From Octopus sinensis (Eukaryota), in the NCBI RefSeq assembly GCF_006345805.1, contig NC_042997.1:129518001-129582000 (forward strand): a stretch of 64,000 nucleotides of DNA. The letters run 5' to 3'. Each line of letters opens with the position of its first letter. Position 1 is the first letter of the stretch. The position numbers and the translations under genes are program-made. Below the pieces are notes generated by a model. The model made no database searches and was not told where the DNA came from. It was given only the letters and a program-made list of their open reading frames with translations. This document shows positions 39,560-53,559 of this stretch, piece after piece.

Positions 39560-41400
39560 TGTGTGTGTGTATATGTATCTTTTATCATATACTGGTTTCA
39601 GCCTGTGGCTGAGGTCATGCTGGTGCATCATCTGTAGTTACTCAGTGTTGTTTCCGATATTGTTTTTGGTGAGGTAGCGAGTTGGACGGACCTGCTCTTC
39701 TTTGCATCTCCTACCGTGATGTGGGTTCAGATAGAAACCTGTTCAGACGTCCCTTGAAAACTTCCACATGAACACCATGTAGATCTCTAAGGTTGCTTGG
39801 AAGGATGTTGAACAATTGCAGGCCCTTAAAAACCCAGACTATTGCAGTACTGTGTCTTTACTTTAGATGGGGAAGATGGGATCTTTGGTGCTGTCCAGTC
39901 CAAGAATTGAGAGCTAAACCCTTCAAGATCTTCCAAATATATATCACTACATATATCTCTCTCATCTTTTTTCCAGGGAATAGAGACTCAGCTCCTTTAG
40001 CCTCTCCCAGTAGCCCATCTTTTGCATCGAATCAATCTTCTTTGTGTATTGGCGCTGGATTACTTCGTGTTTAACAGTTTGTTTCACACTCTCTGGGGAC
40101 CATAGTTGGGATTAGTAGTCCAAAAGTCTTCCATAGGGTTAGCAGGACTTCCCTTTTACTTGTTTTGAATGTCCTCAGAATCCACCCAGCCACTTGCCTG
40201 AACAGTGTTCTCAACTTGGGAATATGCACATGGAATGTTGCATCATTACTCAAGTGAACCCCCAGGTCATGCACTGACTCTGACTCTGGGGTCATATTAC
40301 CTTCTGGTCCAGTGTATTCCGATATTAGCCTGGTGTTGGACTGATAGTGGAGCACCTGAAATTTCATAGCATTGAACTGCATGTTATTTTTGTTAGCCCA
40401 TTTGTAGATTTTTGTTCAGGTCTTTCTGCAGTTTTATTATGTCCTCTGAGTTCCTAACTGCCTGCGATACTTTTGTGTCGTCAGCATAACTGGTCAAATT
40501 GGCTAACTGTACTGTGACATATCATGCTCGTCGAAAGCCTTGGCAAAGCCGAGGTATATCACATCTACAGCTGACTGGTTTAGCTGTTGCATCAGACCCA
40601 GTCAAAGTGCTGCAGCAACTGTGCAAGGCATCTCCTCCCTGGATGAAAACCATGTTGTGTGTTTGTGAGAAGGATGTTTTCTTCTAGGAATGTGATCAGT
40701 CTTTTTCTGACAATGTGTTCCATTGTCTTGCTAACATGTGAGGCCTGTAGTCTTTAGCATCTGCTCTGCTCCCTCTTTTATGGACAGCATGTTGGGAAGT
40801 TTACCACATGCAAGGAAACTCTGAAACAGTATCTGCAGTGGCTTTGCAAGAGCCTTCTTACATGTCTTTAAGAGAAGAGCTGGGAGTCTATCTGGGCCTG
40901 TTGCTGAGTTTGATCTCATGTCATCAATGGCCAATATTACATCTTCTGTTATGTTGATATAATCAATGGTTGCCTCTTTTCCGAATAGATTCATTACGCT
41001 GAAAAACTCCTTCGGCTTGTTTATTTGCATATATTCCAGTGGAGAAGTGAAAACATTTTGGAATTATTTATTTAGTGTTACACTTATCTTCCTCGGGTCT
41101 GCAGTTTCTGAGCCATTTTTACCAAATAGCGGCCCTATCTTATAGCGTACGGAGGCTGACTCCTTTGCCAATGTGTAGAAGGGTTTAGGATTTCTTTTTG
41201 TATTTTTGACTGCCAGGTTTCTCTTTATTTTTCATGGGAGAGTTTGAGTTTATTTTCTATCTAGAAGAGTTCCTCTGTCAGGTGGGATTTCACACTGTCA
41301 TTAAGGTGTTTGTTTAAATGATTCAAGATCTTTATTCTCCGTGGCATGGGTATTCTTCTGTCTCGGGGAAATGATGTTTTAGTGTGTATTGGCTCCCTTC
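39560..41400 (-). mobile_element. Decayed CR1-like LINE
   Basis: SNSATGPDRLPALLLKTC...LQILF (40731-41030); QFNAMKFQVLHY...VHDLGVHLSND...GWILRTF (40071-40382). Confidence 0.8.
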
Positions 41401-41716
41401 TATGGGACATATTTAATGCATAAGGCTTGCATTATTGACATGAATTTATTGAGTTTAATATCTATATCTTGCATAGAGAGGATTTTAGACCAGTCCTGCT
41501 GAAGCATCTGTTTCAAGTGACTTCCTGTATGTATGTGTATATAAATATATATATATATATATGTGTGTTTTAAAAAATATATTTTATTTATGTCTATCAT
41601 TGTTTGAATTGCATAATAGTGGTTTTTCTCTAATTTATATATTATATATTTATATTGTGAAATTTTGATTTAATACTAAATAGAATTTTTCCCTGTAAGT
41701 TTGGAGTTATACTCCC

Positions 41717-41760
<44 letters not shown>

Positions 41761-41764
41761 TGTA

Positions 41765-41800
<36 letters not shown>

Positions 41801-41825
41801 ATATATATATATATATGTACATGTA

Positions 41826-41859
<34 letters not shown>

Positions 41860-41877
41860 CATACATATGACAGTCGG

Positions 41878-41952
41878 TTGCCATAACAAAACTCAGAGTT
41901 TCAGATGTCGGGGCGGAAGTCTGCTCCAGCATCTCGTCAGTTATTAAGGCAA
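41878..41952 (-). ncRNA. Type I hammerhead ribozyme, variant/possibly decayed
   Basis: Minus strand UUGCCUUAAUAA-CUGACGA-GAUG...CAUC-U-GAAAC-UCUGA-GUU^-UUGUUAUGGCAA. Stem I is 12 bp with one mismatch; stem II has ~9/11 pairs; one extra U precedes GAAA; the triplet is GUU. Confidence 0.7.
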
Positions 41953-42900
41953 ACAAAAATGCTATGAAAATGACTGTTAAATAAAGGGAAATTATTATGA
42001 AGATGACCGATATTAAGACAAACAAAAGAGCTATGAGAATGACCGTTAAATAAAGGGAAATTACCTGAACAGGGAGAAAGTAAGAATATTCGAAGGTAAA
42101 CCTATGCTCATAGAATCTGTGTAAACGTGCATGTACATACACATGCGCACACCCAGTGCATGTGCGTATATGCACGTGCTCACTCACACTCACGTGAAAC
42201 ACATACATGCACATCCACACCAAATGTATACATATATATGCATCCATACACATGTACATACCTGCACACACACGTATATATATCCATACATGCACAACTA
42301 TGTTCATATACACATCACTATATGCACAAAAACGCAGAGTGAAAGGTAATGTACAGGAAAAATATATAAAAATACATAAAGCAATAGAATATATATAAAG
42401 ATATGTAAGAAATGAACTCTTTGTATGTGGACACAATATAAAAAGATTCTATCTATGATCTTGGAGAGACCAAAAACGCAACAAATATTGTGGACACGAT
42501 CCAAAATGTTCAGTTCTTGAATTTAGACATGTAGCAGAGTCTAAGCTGCTTTTCCAGATGAGCCATCTTTCCATATCACAAAGACCGTACTTTCCACTGC
42601 CGTTGGTGTAAGGCTTACACTTGGCTAAGATTTTCCAATGGATGTTATAGTTGACACCTTTTTTTTTAAGGACCATATATAACTGGATAATTTGGTAGTT
42701 TTTCTTTTTTCCCCAGTGTCTGAAGCTGAAGGTATGATTGTTGAACCTGGCTTTGAAATTCCCCCTGTGAGATCCACATATTTCTTTGACGAAACTATGT
42801 CCTTAGTGGTTGTGGAGTCTATGGTGGCTTCATAAATGATGGTCTCCAACATGCAAGCTCCTTGTGCCCACTAAATGGAGATAAATTCCTCTATTTACAT
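41878..42900 (-). mobile_element. Penelope-like element 3' remnant (GIY-YIG endonuclease + HHR-bearing end)
   Basis: Frameshifted IIYEATID...KKYV / TTKLSSYIWSLKKKGVNYNIHWKILAKCKPY...LCDMER...LNSRTE (42449-42852), upstream of the HHR on the same strand. Confidence 0.75.
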
Positions 42901-43840
42901 AATAACATAATATCAAGGTCTCATTCATTCTTTTGTTGTCATATTATCTTACTTGATTTCGAAAAAATGTTCAGGTCAACGGTGGGCATAATTAGTTTAA
43001 GCTTCTAAGAGAAATAACCCATCCACACCTTCATAAATTAGTGTTTTTAAGGTACCAAGGAAAATAACCCATACCCTCCTTCGTAAATTATTTGTAAAAA
43101 TGAAATTGAATATACTTATTTCTTAGTGTTTGAACTATTTTAATTATTTCCTCAATTTATCCAGTACAAGGCTTAAACAAGTTAATAGTATTCTCCTAAA
43201 CAATAGATCCACTTATTTCAGTTAGTGACTTATTCACGAATATACCAACTCTAGCGCTGCTGAGGGTAATATCCTCTGGGAATGCACAAAAGCTTTTTTC
43301 ACAGTTAATTACTTTGAATTGTTATTATCTCATATCTGATTAGCCTGTTATTACATAAAATGTATCACGATTTTAGTATACATACCTTATTAGTACTTCC
43401 TCCTATGTTCTATATACTCTGGGAACATATTAAAGCCCTTTTCGGGGCTACTTCATTTGAATTCTTACTATAGGGTAATTAATTTTATGTTATTACATAA
43501 CTGACTTTGCAATTTGGGTATTTGTAACTCATTGGGAATTCCTAAAAACATCTTTTATAAGACAGTTCGGTATCCTCAATAAATACACAAAAAACATTTT
43601 AAGGGCTACATACTTTGTATTGTTGTTACTGGATTAGCAAAATAATTATTAGAATGGAACCAAGGGATAAACCCGCTTTCCCAGGAATTACTGGGCATGT
43701 CACCTGGTATCTATAAAACTATCAAAAGTTTGTTTATTTTTATGTTTTTTGATTTATTATTAGTGTTGCTTAATATGCTTTGCTAAAATTGCTATTTCTT
43801 TTCAGACATCATCAGAAAAAGGTAAATAAAATTCATCAAC

Positions 43841-44650
43841 ATGACAGATCTATCGGACTTTCAAAGAGGTCAAATTGTGGTGCTCATATGGCAGGTGCTA
43901 GCATAATGAAAACAGCCAAAATGTTTGGTGTATCAAGAAGTACTGTCTTGAAAGTAATGACAGCCTTTGAGAAAGAAGGGAAAAACCTCCTTGTCGAAAC
44001 AAAACTCTGGAAAAAAAAAACAAAACCTTCAGATAGGGACCATCGGATTCTTACGCGAATTGTTAGAAAGGATCACAAAAATACAACTCCCAAGATTACT
44101 GCAGAGCTTAATGACCATGTCGAGAACCCAGTTTCCACAAAAACTGCACACCGGGAGCTGCAGAAAGCAAGATTTCATGGGAGGGCTGCAATCAAAAAAC
44201 CACTACTTTCAAAAACAAACATTGCAAAGTGTTTAGAGTGGAGTAAAAGCTTACAGAATTGGTCCCTAGAGCAGCGGAAGAATGTTATTTTCTTGCACGA
44301 GTCATCCTTTGCCTTATTTCCGACCACCAGCCGAGTATATGTGTGGTGACAGTCAAAAGAAGCATTTGACCCAGACTACCTTCTTCTAACTATTAAACAT
44401 GGAGGAGGATCTGTGATTATATGGGTGGGGGTTATCTTGGAAATCTGCCAGCCCAATGGTTTCCCTTCATGGCAGAATTAATAGTCAAGACTATTTAAGC
44501 ATTTTATCCGATTAAATTCATCCTATGGTTGCGAAATTGTTTCTGGAGGGGAACACAATGCACCAATTCACACAACTAAAGTTGTTACTGAATGGCAAGA
44601 GGAACATTCTAGTGAAGTTGAATATCTTATCTAGCCACCAGAGTCCGATA
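43841..44650 (+). pseudogene. Tc1/mariner transposase pseudogene
   Basis: MTDLSDFQRGQI/GAHMAGASIMKTAKMFGVSRSTV (HTH), KKPLLSKTNIAKCLEWSK, VIFLHESSF, IKHGGGSVIIW; frameshifts and stops; TIRs not identified. Confidence 0.85.
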
Positions 44651-45299
44651 ATTTTGCATTTTTACAGCTAGATTTTTTCTATGACAGTAGAAAAATCTTT
44701 TATTTCACAACGTATTTGTAGTGGCTTCATGCAGGCATAGAGTTGATTCGATCCTTGATTGCCAAATTTCACTTAACACTTCAACACTGCTTTTCTCACG
44801 GTAAAACAATAGTTTTTCTGTGAATGACAGCAGTTATACATTTCCCAGATGCCTTCATTAAGCAGAATAATGTCATTGCTGTTTGACCCTTCTAACCTGT
44901 TCTAGGCCACCAATGGCTGGAATAGAGATAACAGACCTCCAATGAAATCATTTGTTCTCATATGTCCATCCTTCTGGCTGCTTTTCCATAGTTATAAAAA
45001 CAAGAACTCCATAAGCTAAAGGCAGTTACTGAGAGTAACCATCACTAAGTGTGAACATTACTATTGCACTTCAAACTCTTCATTCATATATTTATATAAC
45101 CTCTCTCACCAACCTCCGAAAATCTCTCTCGCCAACCTCCAACAATCTCTCCAGCGGACAGTTTTTTGTACTTTTTCGTCACGGGAAATACAGCTTTTGT
45201 GGAAGTTATAACTAATTTGCTTTCTTATATCAGAGTAATAAGGTGTTTCAATAGAACATCTTTAACCCCAGAAATTACCGGGTAGAGATTGCCTTAACG

Positions 45300-45816
45300 T
45301 GTCACTGGCACAGGGGCCAGAGGGGGCTGGCATCGACCATGTTTGGATGACGCTTTTACATGCCACCGGCATGGGAGGAAGAAGGGGCTAGCATCAACCA
45401 CGTTTGGATGGTACTTTTATGTGCCACTGGCATGAGAACCAGTCAAGGCAGTGCTGGCATCAGCCACATTTGGATGGTGCTTTTTATATGCCACCGCACA
45501 GGAGCCAGGGGGCTGGCATCAACCATGTTTGGATGGTGTTTTTTACATGTCACTAGCATGGGGAGCCAGATAGGCGGCGCTGGCATCATCCACAGCTATA
45601 ATTTCCATTTGATTGTGGTTTGATTTGATTTTGATGTACTTGACTCAATAGGTCTCCTCAAGCATAGGGTGTTGCCCGACAATCCAAAGGTACTTTTTGA
45701 GTGGGCTGGTTATGCAACACTGGCGTAAGCTACAGCTGTGATCTCACTTTATTTGCTGGGTCTTCTCAGTCACAGCATATCTCCAGAGGTCTCGGTCTTT
45801 CGTCATTGTCTCTGTG

Positions 45817-45856
<40 letters not shown>

Positions 45857-46010
45857 TATATCATCATCATCATCGTTTAACATCCGCTTTCCATGCTAGC
45901 ATGGGTTGGATGATTTGATTGAGGACTGGCGAACCAGATGGCTGCACCAGGCTCCAATCTGATCTGGCAGAGTTTCTACAGCTGGATGCCATTCCTAAAT
46001 CCAACCACTA
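45300..46010 (-). mobile_element. Two RTE 3' fragments separated by (CA)n
   Basis: 3' UTR repeat block at 45300-45815; terminal tail piece at 45862-46010. Confidence 0.75.
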
Positions 46011-46688
<678 letters not shown>

Positions 46689-46689
46689 A

Positions 46690-49092
46690 GAGAAGCTAGG
46701 AGACAGGTTTATTTAGCCAGAGGGGAAGCAGATAAGAAAAAATTTGCCAATGTTCTGCACCGTGAGGACCAAAGAATTGAGGTATTTCGTGTTGCAAGAC
46801 AGTGTGTGAGAGAGAATCGTGATGTGGTAGGAGAGAAATGTGTTCGCATGGATGATGGTTCACTTGCGCTAAATGAGGATGAAAAGAGAGAGGTTTGGAG
46901 ATGCTATTATGAAAGGTTGCTGAATAAAGAAAATGAATGGGATAAAGAATGTCGACCCAACAGGGACCAGCTATCCGAGTTGACAGTTCTTTGGTAGTTA
47001 AGGCAATTAGAAGCATGAAGACAGGGAAAGCCCCAGGCCCATCAGGAATTACTGCAGAGATGCTCAAAATATCTGGTAGTGTTGGCTATAGCCTAGTCAC
47101 CTGTATAGTTAACCAGGTGATACACGAAGGAGTTATACCCAATGACTGGTGTAGCAGAATAATAGTCAACTCCTACAAAGGTAAAGGTGACACCCTAGAT
47201 ACAAATAATTACAGAGGTATCAAGCTGTTGGATCAGGTAATGAAGGTTACGGAGAGGGTCATAGCCCAACTAATTAGAGAGAGAGAGTTAGTTTAGATCA
47301 GATGCTGTTTGGGTTCGTGCCAGAGAAAAGCACCACTGATGCCATATTCCTGGTAAGAGAGCTGCAGGAGAAATACCAAGCCAAAGATAAGCCCCTGTAC
47401 CTGGATTTCATTGACATGGAGAAAGCCTTCGACAGGGTCCTCAGATCCCTTATCTGGTGGTCAATGAGGAAACTAGGGAAAGATGAGTGGTTAGTGACAG
47501 CTGTACAAGCCATGTACAGGGACGCTGCTAGTAAGGTGAGGGTTGGCAACGAGGGCAGTGAAGAATTCCGGGTAGAGATAGGGGTCCACCAAGGTTCAGT
47601 CCTCAGCCCCCTCACATTTATCATAGTACTCCAAGCAATAACGGAGGAATTCAAGACAGGATGCCCCTAGGAGCTCCTCTACGCTGATGACCTTGCTCTA
47701 ATTGCTGAGTCACTATCAGAACTGGAGAAGTTTCAGGTGTGGAAGCAAGGATTAGAATCGAAGGACCTTAGAGTCAACCTATCTAAAACCGAAGTCCTAA
47801 TAAGTAGGAAGGTAGACAAGACACAAACGCCTTCAGGTAGATGGCTCGATCTGTAGAAAAGGCGTAGGTAGAAACTCTGTTAGATGCACCTAGTGTAAGC
47901 TATGGACATATAAGAGGTGTAGTAACGTCAAAGGAAGGCTAACGAGGAAGATAGTTTTGTATGTGGCAGATGCTCAGGAGCAATAAACACTGAAAATGCG
48001 CAGAGACCAACTTCCACCACATTCCAGGGAGAAAAACTAGAAGTAGTTGATAGTTTCCGTTACCTAGGTGACCAAGTCAGTAGCAGGGGTGGGTGTGCTG
48101 AAAGTGTAACTGCTAGAGTAAGAATAGCTTGAGCAAAGTTCAGAGAGCTCTTACCCCTGCTGGTGACAAAAGGCCTCTCGCTCAGAGTAAAAGGCAGACT
48201 GTATGACGCATGTGTACGAACAGCCATGCTACATGGCAGTGAAACATGGGCCGTGACTGCTGAGGATATGCGTAAGCTCACAAGAAATGAAACCAGTATG
48301 CTCCGATGGATGTGTAATGTCAGTGTTTATACTCGACAGAGTGTAAGTACCTTGAGAGAAAAGTTGGACCTAAGAAGCATCAGTTGTGGTGTGCAAGACA
48401 GACGTTTGCGCTGGTATGGTCATGTGGCGAGAATGGATGAAGAATGTGTGAAAAAGTGCCACACCCTAGCGGTTGAGGGAACCTGTGGAAGAGGTAGACC
48501 CAGGAAAACCTGGGACGAGGTGGTGAAGCACGACCATCGAACTTTAGGTCTCACCAAGGAAATAACTAGAGACTGAGACCTTTGGAAGTATGCTGTGCGT
48601 GAGAAGACCCGGCAGGACAAGTGAGACCATAACCTGTGGCCTCTACCTGGGATGTAGCCAGTCCACTTATGCATACCTTTCCTTCTTGGGACACAAAACT
48701 CTATTTGTGAAGACCTGTTGAGGCAAGTGAAAATCAAAATCAAAATCGATCAACATCAAAGGGAATTGTAGCTGTGATATCAGTGCCGGTAGCACGTAAG
48801 AGAACCATCCAAACATGGCTGTTGCCAGCGCCACCCCAACTGGCCTCCGTGCCGGTGGCATGTAAAAAGCGCCATCCGATTGTGCCCGTTTGCCAGCTTC
48901 GCCTGGCACCTGTGCCGGTGGCACGTAAAAAGCACCCACTACACTCATGGAGTGGTTGGCGTTAGGAAGGGCAACCCGCAGTAGAAACATTGCCAGATCA
49001 GACTGGGCCTGGTGCAGCCTTCTGGCTTCCTAGACCCCAGTTGAATTGCCCAACCCATGCCAGCATGCAAAGCGGATGCTAAACGAAGAAGA
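46690..49092 (+). mobile_element. 5'-truncated RTE LINE (RT + 3' UTR)
   Basis: KAPGPSGITAEML, FIDMEKAFDRV, GVHQGSVLSP, YADDL, LRWYGHVARM...GRGRPRKTW; terminal ccaacccatgccagcatg...aaacg. Confidence 0.95.
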
Positions 49093-49161
49093 AAAAGATA
49101 TATACATACACATATAAACATATACATACATATATATAAATATACAAACATATATATAAAA

Positions 49162-49195
<34 letters not shown>

Positions 49196-49201
<6 letters not shown>

Positions 49202-49488
49202 ATCATTTGACCGACCAGACCATCAGATGTTGTTACACATCGCTGGTCACAATGCGTTCGCATTGTTTTAGCCTTCGAATGACGCCACCCTGCTGGCTAA
49301 GCGAGCAGGCCAACAGAAGAAAGAGCGGGAGAAAGAGTACAGTAGGGATCACCACCCCTAGCCGGAGCCTCTTGGAGCTTTTAGGTGTTTTCGCTCAATA
49401 AACACTCACAACGCCTGGTCTGGGAATCGAAACCGCGATCCTGCGACCGCGAGTCCGCTGCCCTAACCATTAGGCCATTGCGCCTCCA
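49196..49488 (-). mobile_element. tRNA-derived SINE, young copy
   Basis: Minus strand ggaggcgcaatggcctaatggttagggcagcggactcgcggtcgcaggatcgcggtttcgattccc, a tRNA-like head with A and B boxes. Confidence 0.85.
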
Positions 49489-49504
49489 TATATATATATA
49501 TATC

Positions 49505-49709
49505 ACACCGGGCGAAATGCTTAGCCGTATTTCGTCTGCTGTTATGTTCTAAGTTCAAATTCCGCCAATGTTGACTTTGCCTTTCATCCGTTCAGGGTCG
49601 ATAAATTAAGTACCAGTTACACACTGGAGTCAGTGTAATCGACTTAATCCGTTTGTCTGTCCTTGTTTGTCCTCTCTATGTTTAGCCCCTTGGGGGTAAT
49701 AAAGAAACA
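49505..49709 (+). mobile_element. SINE with Nin/Deu-like central domain
   Basis: gccgtatttcgtc...gactttgcctttcatccgttcagggtcgataaattaagtaccag. Confidence 0.65.
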
Positions 49710-49755
49710 TATATATATACATACATACATGTATACATATATATACATACATACC

Positions 49756-50139
49756 CGAAGACCTGTTGAGGCAAGTGAAATTGAAATCGATCAAAAAATC
49801 AATGGAAATTGTAGTTGTGATACCAGTGGTAGCGGCATGTAAAAAACACCATCCGAACGTGGCCGTTGCCAGCGTCGCCTTGACTGGCTTCCGTGCTGGT
49901 GGCACGTAAAAAGCACCAACCGATCGTGGCCATTGCTAGCCTCACCTGGCCTCATGCCGGTGGCACGTAAAAAGAACCCACTACACTCACAGAGTGGTTG
50001 GCGTCAGGAAGGGCACCCAGCTGTAGAAACACTGCCAGATCAGACTGGAGCCTGGTGCAGCCTCCTGGCTTCCCAGACCCCGGTTGAACTGTCCAACCCA
50101 TGCTAGCATGGAAAACGGATGTTAAAAGATGATGATGAT
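49756..50139 (+). mobile_element. RTE 3' UTR/tail
   Basis: gaagacctgttgaggcaagtg...GGCACGTAAAAAGCACC repeats...(GAT)n. Confidence 0.85.
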
Positions 50140-50295
50140 ATATATACATACAATCATATATATATATATACATGCATACATACAAACATATATATATACA
50201 TATTTATACATATACACATATATATATACAGCATCATCATCGTTTAATGTCCACTCTTCATGCTGGCATGGGTTGGACGGTTTGACTGGTGACTA

Positions 50296-53000
50296 ACAAA
50301 ATTTGTTAGTCTCACATTATACTTTGTTCTTAAGTTGATTATTTCGCTGGGGAGTGGATTTCATTGCAGTAGATTGGTTAGTTTATGGCTCCGTTGGGCA
50401 ATTAGAGTGGGGTGTATATCATTTTGGTGTGGAATCCCGAGTTTGATTAAGCACATCTTTTGCGCACGTGTGCACGGCGGTGTGAGAGGGGATAACCCTA
50501 ACTTAAGGTGAAAAGGGAGCTAACTCAAACCAGTTTATTTACACGAGGTAGGGTGGTTTAAAATTATATAATGTCTAAAGTTTAGGAAGTTCGTAGTGAT
50601 AAAAGGGGCCCTACGTAGGTGCAAAGTAAATTATTATGGAATGTGGAGGGGCGAGTGGGGTTGGGGGTGACTGTTTATGTGTAAGTGTTTAAGGTGGTTC
50701 CTAGCTAATTAGACTTATATAGCTGAATATGTTAGTATGAGACTTGTAAAGGGTCCTACTATTTTACCGATACTTTGAAAAAACAGAGGCCTACATGAAG
50801 ACAAAAAATTTGTTCTCAAATTTCCTATTGAGGAGGGGTTGTTTAGCTGTTAGGATAGCTAGGTGTTCTCATAAACAGAGATCACAGTGTCTATTGGCGG
50901 TGTTGCACGAGGTTGTTTTTGCGAGTATACGCCAGTTTAGTCTATAATCTAATTTTTTTATCCTTAAGTTCCCAAATATATGTACTGAGCCCTGTTGAGT
51001 TACCCTTACTCCTATTTCTGAAGCTCAATTAGACATTATATAATTGTAAACCACCCTACCTCGTGTAAATAAGTGTTATATCTAAGAATCATTTAGTTCT
51101 TAGTGGCACCTATGTATGATTTTATCTGGCTAGTTTTGTGCACATCACATTGGTAAACTACATTATTTGTCTTGCACCTATTTAAGAAATGTTCTATCCC
51201 TGCAGCCACATAAATTATTAGGTGTATCTGCGGTCGTGTTATATGCGGGGGGGGGGGGGGCTATTACTATTCAGGTCTATATCTAAGCTAGCAGGAGGCG
51301 TTACGTTAGTGGTGGGCTTAGTTCTATTAGTTGATTGGTTTTTATTTTTATTGTTCACAACCATTCTAGTTTCATAGAATTTGTCTAGTTTTTTTATTTA
51401 TTGAGTTGGCATGTGTAAAAAGATTTGAGCGAGGTCATTGCCAGTACGGCCTGACTGGCCCCTGAGCAGGTGGCACGTAAAAAGCACCCACTACACTCTC
51501 GGAGTGGTTGGCGTTAGGAAGGGTATCCAGCTGTAGAAACTCTGCCAGATCAAGACTGGAGCCTGGTGTAGCCATCTGGTTGCCAGCCCTCAGTCAAAAC
51601 CGTCCAACCCATGCTAGCATGGAAAACAGACGTTAAACGATGAAGATGATGATGATGAGGCTATTATTGTAGCTAAGCTATTGGTCAGGCTGTGGCCTAC
51701 TCTAATTAAATTCCTAAATAATTCTGCATATTTATCATTAACATTTAGGTGTTTATCTATGATTTTCATGAATGAGCGAACTATGTTTGATTTGAAGTGC
51801 ATGGTGTAGGGGATTACGAGCCAGATATTATCACCATTTTGTTTATTTTTTGTATTGTTTTTTCTAGTATAGAAGCTACCCTCCTTGTTTGTGAGTTGTG
51901 TGAAGTTATGGTTATGGCTATCTTGCTTATTTCCATAGTTAGGTTTCACTTTCCTATTACTTTTGTCTGTTCTATTGGTGTTGTTTGCATAGGGTTTATG
52001 TGAACTAGATGGCCTGGTTTTCTTGTTATTAACAGGGTTCATATCGGTTCATTGGGTCACTTTAGTTTTATGTGTAGGTTTATATCATTTTTGTAGCTAA
52101 TGTTATTTTTGGGCTTATTTGTGTACTTGGTGTTATTAGTTTTGTTAATATTGTTAATCTTATTGATTATAACTTTATCGGTATTAGTGTTGTGGTTATT
52201 TTTGTTATAACCACAACACTAATACCGATTGGCATTCTTCATATTGGTGTTGTTTTTATTGGGGTTACCCATACTGTTCTTATTGTTGGTGTAGTTTGTA
52301 GTGATGTATGGTGTGTGGTTGGTGTTAATGGTATTAGTGAGTGGGTTTCTGGTATTTGGGCTACTTGTATGGTGATTAGGGCCAAGGAATTTAATTTTTT
52401 GTTTCAATCCTGCTTTCCATAGTGTGGAATTATAAATTTCCTTATGCCTATTAAAGATATTTATGTTGGAAGAGAGGTGTGTTATTCTATTGCTAATGCT
52501 ATATACTAAGCCTCTCTTAATAAAGTTTGGGTGGTTGCTAGAAGCGTTTATGTATTTGAGGTTTGCGTTGGGTTTTGTATAGGGTTCATGGAGTCCTGTG
52601 GCTAGGTTGCAGTTTGCGTCTAAGTAGTTAATAGAGGTGTGTTCCTTTTCAATAGAAATAGTCCAAATCTTTTGGAGAATTTGTGCAGTTTTTTCTTGAA
52701 AAGCTCTAGTTTCCTATTTGAGGGTTTCTTTATTATGAAGAGGGTGTCATCCCTGTATAATCCACCTTTGAGTTCAGGGAATTCTTCCTGTATGTATGAT
52801 AGCAAATAGATGCCTACCAGCTCAGTTACCTGTGCTGAATCTACGCAAAAAATGTTCTTAGTCAAACACCGAAATAATATACAACCGCTCTAATTGCCCA
52901 ATGGAACCATAAACTAACCAATCTACTGCAATGAAATCCACTACCTAGCGAAATAATCAACTAATAAGAACAAAATATAATGTAAGACTAACAAATTTTG
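50296..53000 (-). mobile_element. 5'-truncated Penelope-like element (RT + GIY-YIG) with inverted terminal segment
   Basis: RT remnant QVTELVGIYLL...GLYRDD (52620-52865); GIY-YIG VYQCDV...SYIGAT / LSTYIWELK...WRILAK...CDLCL (50830-51170); 52862-53000 is an inverted copy of 50296-50435. An RTE tail is inserted at 51420-51658. Confidence 0.85.
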
Positions 53001-53241
53001 ACTCTATTACCATTACCATTACCAATGTATCAATTTATTTTTCGCATTCTGACTGATGTATCAATCTATTTTTTGCATTCTGAAGATATTCACTAAAACT
53101 AGGAAATTGAAACGATCATAAATGCTACCTTCTTCTTTGTTAATTAATTAAATTAAAAACATACCAGTGAAAACGACGAGTTTCTCCTTGTTATTTATAT
53201 CCATTTTCTTCTCGTACATAAATACATACATACATATATAT

Positions 53242-53278
<37 letters not shown>

Positions 53279-53559
53279 CATACATACATACACACATATG
53301 CTAATATATATACACAGCATTTTTTTCACTTATTCTTATTTATTTGTTTATTTTTATTTATCTATTTATTTACTTGTTTATTTGCTTATTTCATTGGTTC
53401 ATTTTGATTACTTATACATACGATTGTAATCAATTAATAAATATAGATGAATGCCTACAGGCTGATGTTTGTCAATAAATTATCCTCTCAATCTTCTTAT
53501 GTGGACTATACACACACACACACATATATATATATATACATACATATATTGCTATTTTC

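Noticed and set aside
44680-45290. Unique-looking segment after the Tc1 fragment, possible transposase piece
   Set aside because: No recognisable motif in any frame I translated.
49420-49488. tRNA-like sequence
   Set aside because: It continues into a SINE body and lacks a proper acceptor stem; it is a SINE head, as at 8131.
51614-52422. Asn/Thr/Lys-rich ORFs
   Set aside because: Low-complexity linker of the decayed PLE between RT and GIY-YIG, not an independent gene.
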